Shown here: positions 58,801 to 64,000 of the stretch, piece by piece
Layout of the letters: each line of letters starts with the position of its first letter
Position numbering within the stretch: position 1 is the first letter of the stretch
NCBI RefSeq assembly: GCF_009914755.1
Contig: NC_060939.1
Reading direction: 5' to 3' (one strand)
Length of the DNA stretch: 64,000 nucleotides
Source: the human T2T-CHM13v2.0 reference genome, Homo sapiens
Program-made: the position numbers and the translations under genes
Notes under the pieces: model-generated
What the model saw: only the letters and a program-made list of their open reading frames with translations
What the model was told of the DNA's origin: nothing
Databases searched by the model: none

Positions 58801-61800
58801 GCTCTGCCTACAGGGGAATTTTGAGAGGTCTCGCCACTGATCACCCAAGGGATGTAACTCTTGTCTAGGCTCTGCCTACAGGGGAATTGTGAGAGGTCTC
58901 GCCACTGATCACCCAAGTGATGTAACTCTTGTCTAGGCTTTGCCTACAGGGGGCTTTGTGACATACTTTTGCACAGATCACCCAGGTGACTTAACTCATC
59001 TAAGTTTGTCTACAGGAGATTTGTGACCTATCTCTGCACTGATTACTTAGGTGATGTAACACTTTTATAAGCACAGCCTACAGGGAATTTTGAGAAATCT
59101 CTGCACTGATCACCTAGTTTCTGTAACTCTTGTCTACCCTCTGCCCAAAGGGGGCATTGAGAAATATCTCTGCACTGATCACCCAGGTGATTCAACTCTT
59201 GTCTAGGATCCGCCTACAGGGGGTATTGTGAAATATCTCTGCACTGATCAACTAGGTGATGTAACTCTTGTGTAGGCTCTGCCTACAGGGGCGTTTTCAC
59301 ATATCCCTGAACTGATGACAAAGGTGATGTAATTCTTGCCTAGCCTTTGCCTACAGGGGGCATTGTGACATATCACTGCACTGATCACCCAGGTGATGTA
59401 ACTCTTTTCTAGTCTCTGCCTACAGACGGCGTTGTGACATCACTCTGCACGGATCACACGGGTTATGTAACTGCTGTCTATGCTCTGCCTACGGGGGCAT
59501 TGTGACTTATCTCTGCACTGATCACCCAGGAGATGTGACTCTTGTCTAAGCTCTGCCTAGAGGGACATTGGGACATATCTCAGCACTGATCGCTGAGGTG
59601 ATGTAAACTTGTCTAGGCTTTGCCTATGGTGGGATTTATGACATATCTGCACTGATCACCCAGGTGATGTAACTCTTGTCTAGGCTCTGCTTAGAGGGGG
59701 TATTGTGGGATTTCTCTGCACTGATGCCCAAGGTGATGTAACTCTTGTCTAGGCTCTGCCTACAGTTAAGATTTAACATATCACTGCACTGATCACCGAG
59801 ATGATGTAACTCATGTATAGGCTTCGTCGACAGGGGCCACTGAGACATATCCCTGCACTGATCACCGAGGTGATGCAACTCTTGTCTGGGATCTGCTTAG
59901 AGGGGGCATTTTTTCATATCTCTGCCCTGATCATCCAGGTGATGTAACTCTTGTCTAGGATCTGCCTACTGGAGACATTGTGACATGTCTCCACAGTGAT
60001 CACCCATGTGATGTCACTATTGTCATGGATATGGCTACAGGGGCATTGTGATATGTTACTGCACTGATCACACAGCTGATGTAACACTTGTCTAGGCTCT
60101 GCCACAAGGGGGCATTGTGACATAACTCTGCACTGATCACCCAGGTGATGGTACTCTTGTCTAGGCTCTGCCTACAGGGGCATTGTGATATATCTGTGCA
60201 GTGATCACGCAGGTGATGTAACTCTTGTCTATATCGGCCTTCTGATGGCATTGTGACATATTTCTGCACTGATCACCCAGGTGATGAACTCTTGTCTTGG
60301 ATCTGCCTATGGGGGCATAGTGACATATCACTGCACTGATCACTCATGTGATGTAACGCTTGTCTGAGCTGCGCCTAAAGGGGAATTGTGACAGATATCT
60401 CCCCTGATCACCCAGGTCATATAACAATTTTCTGGGATTTTTCTACAGGGGGCTTTGTGACATATCTTTCCACTGATCACCCAGGAGATGTAACTCTTGT
60501 CTAGGCTCGGCCTACAGAAGGTTTGTGACATATTTCTGTACTGATCACCCAGGTGTTATAACTCTTGTCTAGGCTCCACATACAGGGGGTATTGTGACGT
60601 ACCTCTGCACTGATCACCCAGGTGATGTAACTTTTATCTAGGTTCTGCCTACAGGGGCGTTTTGACATAGCTCAGCACAGATCACCTAGGTTATGTAACT
60701 CTTGTCCTCTCTCTGCCCTCAGGGGGCATTGTGAAATATCTCTTCACTGATCACCCAGGTGATGGGACTCTTCTCTATACTCTGCCTAGAGGGGGATTTG
60801 TGACATATCTCTGCACTGATCACAGAGGTGATGGAAGTCTTGTCTAGGCTCTGTCTATGGGGCATTTTGTGAAATATCTTCACTGATCACCCAGGTGATG
60901 TAAGTGTTGTCTATGCTCTGTCTACAGGGATTTTTGTGACATATCACTGCAGTGATCACCTAGGTGATGTAAGCCTTGTGTGGGCTTTGCCTACAGAAGG
61001 CTTTGTGACATATCTATGCACTGATCTCTGAGGTCAAGCAACTCTTGTCTAGGCACTGCCTACAGGGGACATTGGTATATATCTCTGCACTGATCACCCA
61101 GGTGATGGACTGTTGTCTTAGATCTGCCTACATGGACATTGTGACACATCTCTGAACTGATCAACCAAGTGATGAAACCCTTGTCTGGGCTCTGCTTACA
61201 TGAGATTTGTGACACATCTCTGCACTGATCACGCTGGGGAGGTAACTCTTGTCTACAGTCTGCCTACAGGAGGCTTTATGACTTATACCTGCACTGATAA
61301 CCTAGGTGATGTAAGACTTGTCTAGACTCTGCCTACACGGGAATTCTCACATATCTCTGCACTGATCACCCGGGTGATGTAACTCCTGTCTAGGTTCAGC
61401 CTACAGGAGAGTTTTGACATATCTCTGCACTGATCACCCAGGTGATGTAACCCTTGTCAAAGCTCTGCCTACAGGGGCATTGTGACAGATCTCTCCACTG
61501 CTCACCCAGGTGATGTAACAATTGTCTGGGCTTTGCCTACAGGGGACTTTGTGATATACATTTCCACTGATCAAACAGGTGATGAAAACCTTGTCAAGGT
61601 TGTGCTTGCAGGGGCTTTCTGACATATCTCTGCACTGATCACCCAAGGGAGGAAACACTTGTCTACACTCTGCCTACAGGAGGATTTACGACTTATCCCT
61701 GCACTGATCAGTAGGTGATGTAACATTTGTCTAGGCTCTGTCTTCACGGGAATTTTCACATATGTCTACACTGATCACCTAAGTGATGTATCCCTTGTCT

Positions 61801-62020
61801 AGGTTCAGCCTACTGGGGATTTGTGACATGCCTATCCATTGATCACTAAGGTGATGTAAATCATTTCTAGGCTTTTTTACAGGGGACATTGTGATATATC
61901 TCTGCACTGATCACCCAAATGTTGCAAATCTTCTCTAGGCTCTGCAAGGAGGGGCATTGTGACATATTTCTGAACTGATCTTTCAGGAGATGTAACTTTT
62001 CTCCAGGCTTTGACTAAACA
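55891..62020 (-). repeat. Beta satellite array, reverse orientation
   Basis: ~90 reverse monomers. Confidence 0.95.
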
Positions 62021-62150
62021 GCGTCGGAAGGTGTCAGCCAGAATTTCAAGTTCGGACAAGGGCACAGAGAGGCCAGCGGGCTCCCTTGCACATCAGCCGG
62101 GGTGCGCAATGAGCGCAGGTCTATCCAGGAGGCCGACAAAGAGAGCAAGA
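61950..62150 (-). other. pLAM-like segment without ATTAAA
   Basis: Acceptor at 62120; PAS position GTCACA 61958-61963; small internal deletion ~62034. Confidence 0.83.

Positions 62151-64000
<1,850 letters not shown>

Overview
This is eukaryotic heterochromatin, almost certainly hominoid (human or ape). About 60% is 68-bp beta (Sau3A/BSR) satellite, interrupted by 11 degenerate D4Z4/DUX4-like segments from roughly 10 copies. This matches the known LSau/beta-satellite/DUX4L composite typical of acrocentric short arms and some pericentromeric regions; the chromosome and species cannot be fixed from the sequence. The repeating unit is [beta module]-|fixed junction|-DUX promoter-DUX ORF-KpnI-~0.3 kb D4Z4/LSau-pLAM-like exon-3 homologue-[beta module], spaced about 7-11 kb apart. 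No copy encodes an intact HD1+HD2+acidic-tail DUX4, but two ORFs (26719-27837 and 63051-63944, minus strand) keep both homeodomains in frame. Five of the full promoters plus one tandem copy carry TATAA rather than the DUX4 TACAA. All seven pLAM-like ends lack the FSHD ATTAAA signal and read GTCACA/GTCACT, the plain beta-satellite sequence. The window switches polarity four times (~910, ~18900, ~33360, ~36835). Notable rearrangement scars are a fold-back hairpin, a 22-nt templated inverted insertion, a duplicated inversion junction marking a large inverted duplication, a DUX-less 'empty' site, one true head-to-tail D4Z4 dimer, and a deletion ending at the exon-2 acceptor. I see no convincing new biological system; the interest lies in rearrangement mechanics and in the origin of the DUX4 3' exon and poly(A) signal. 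Comparisons with 4q35 DUX4/pLAM are from memory and need alignment. Beta '+' means GATCAGTGCAGAGATATGTCACAATGCCCCTGTAGGCAGAGCCTAGACAAGAGTTACATCACCTGGGT on the top strand.
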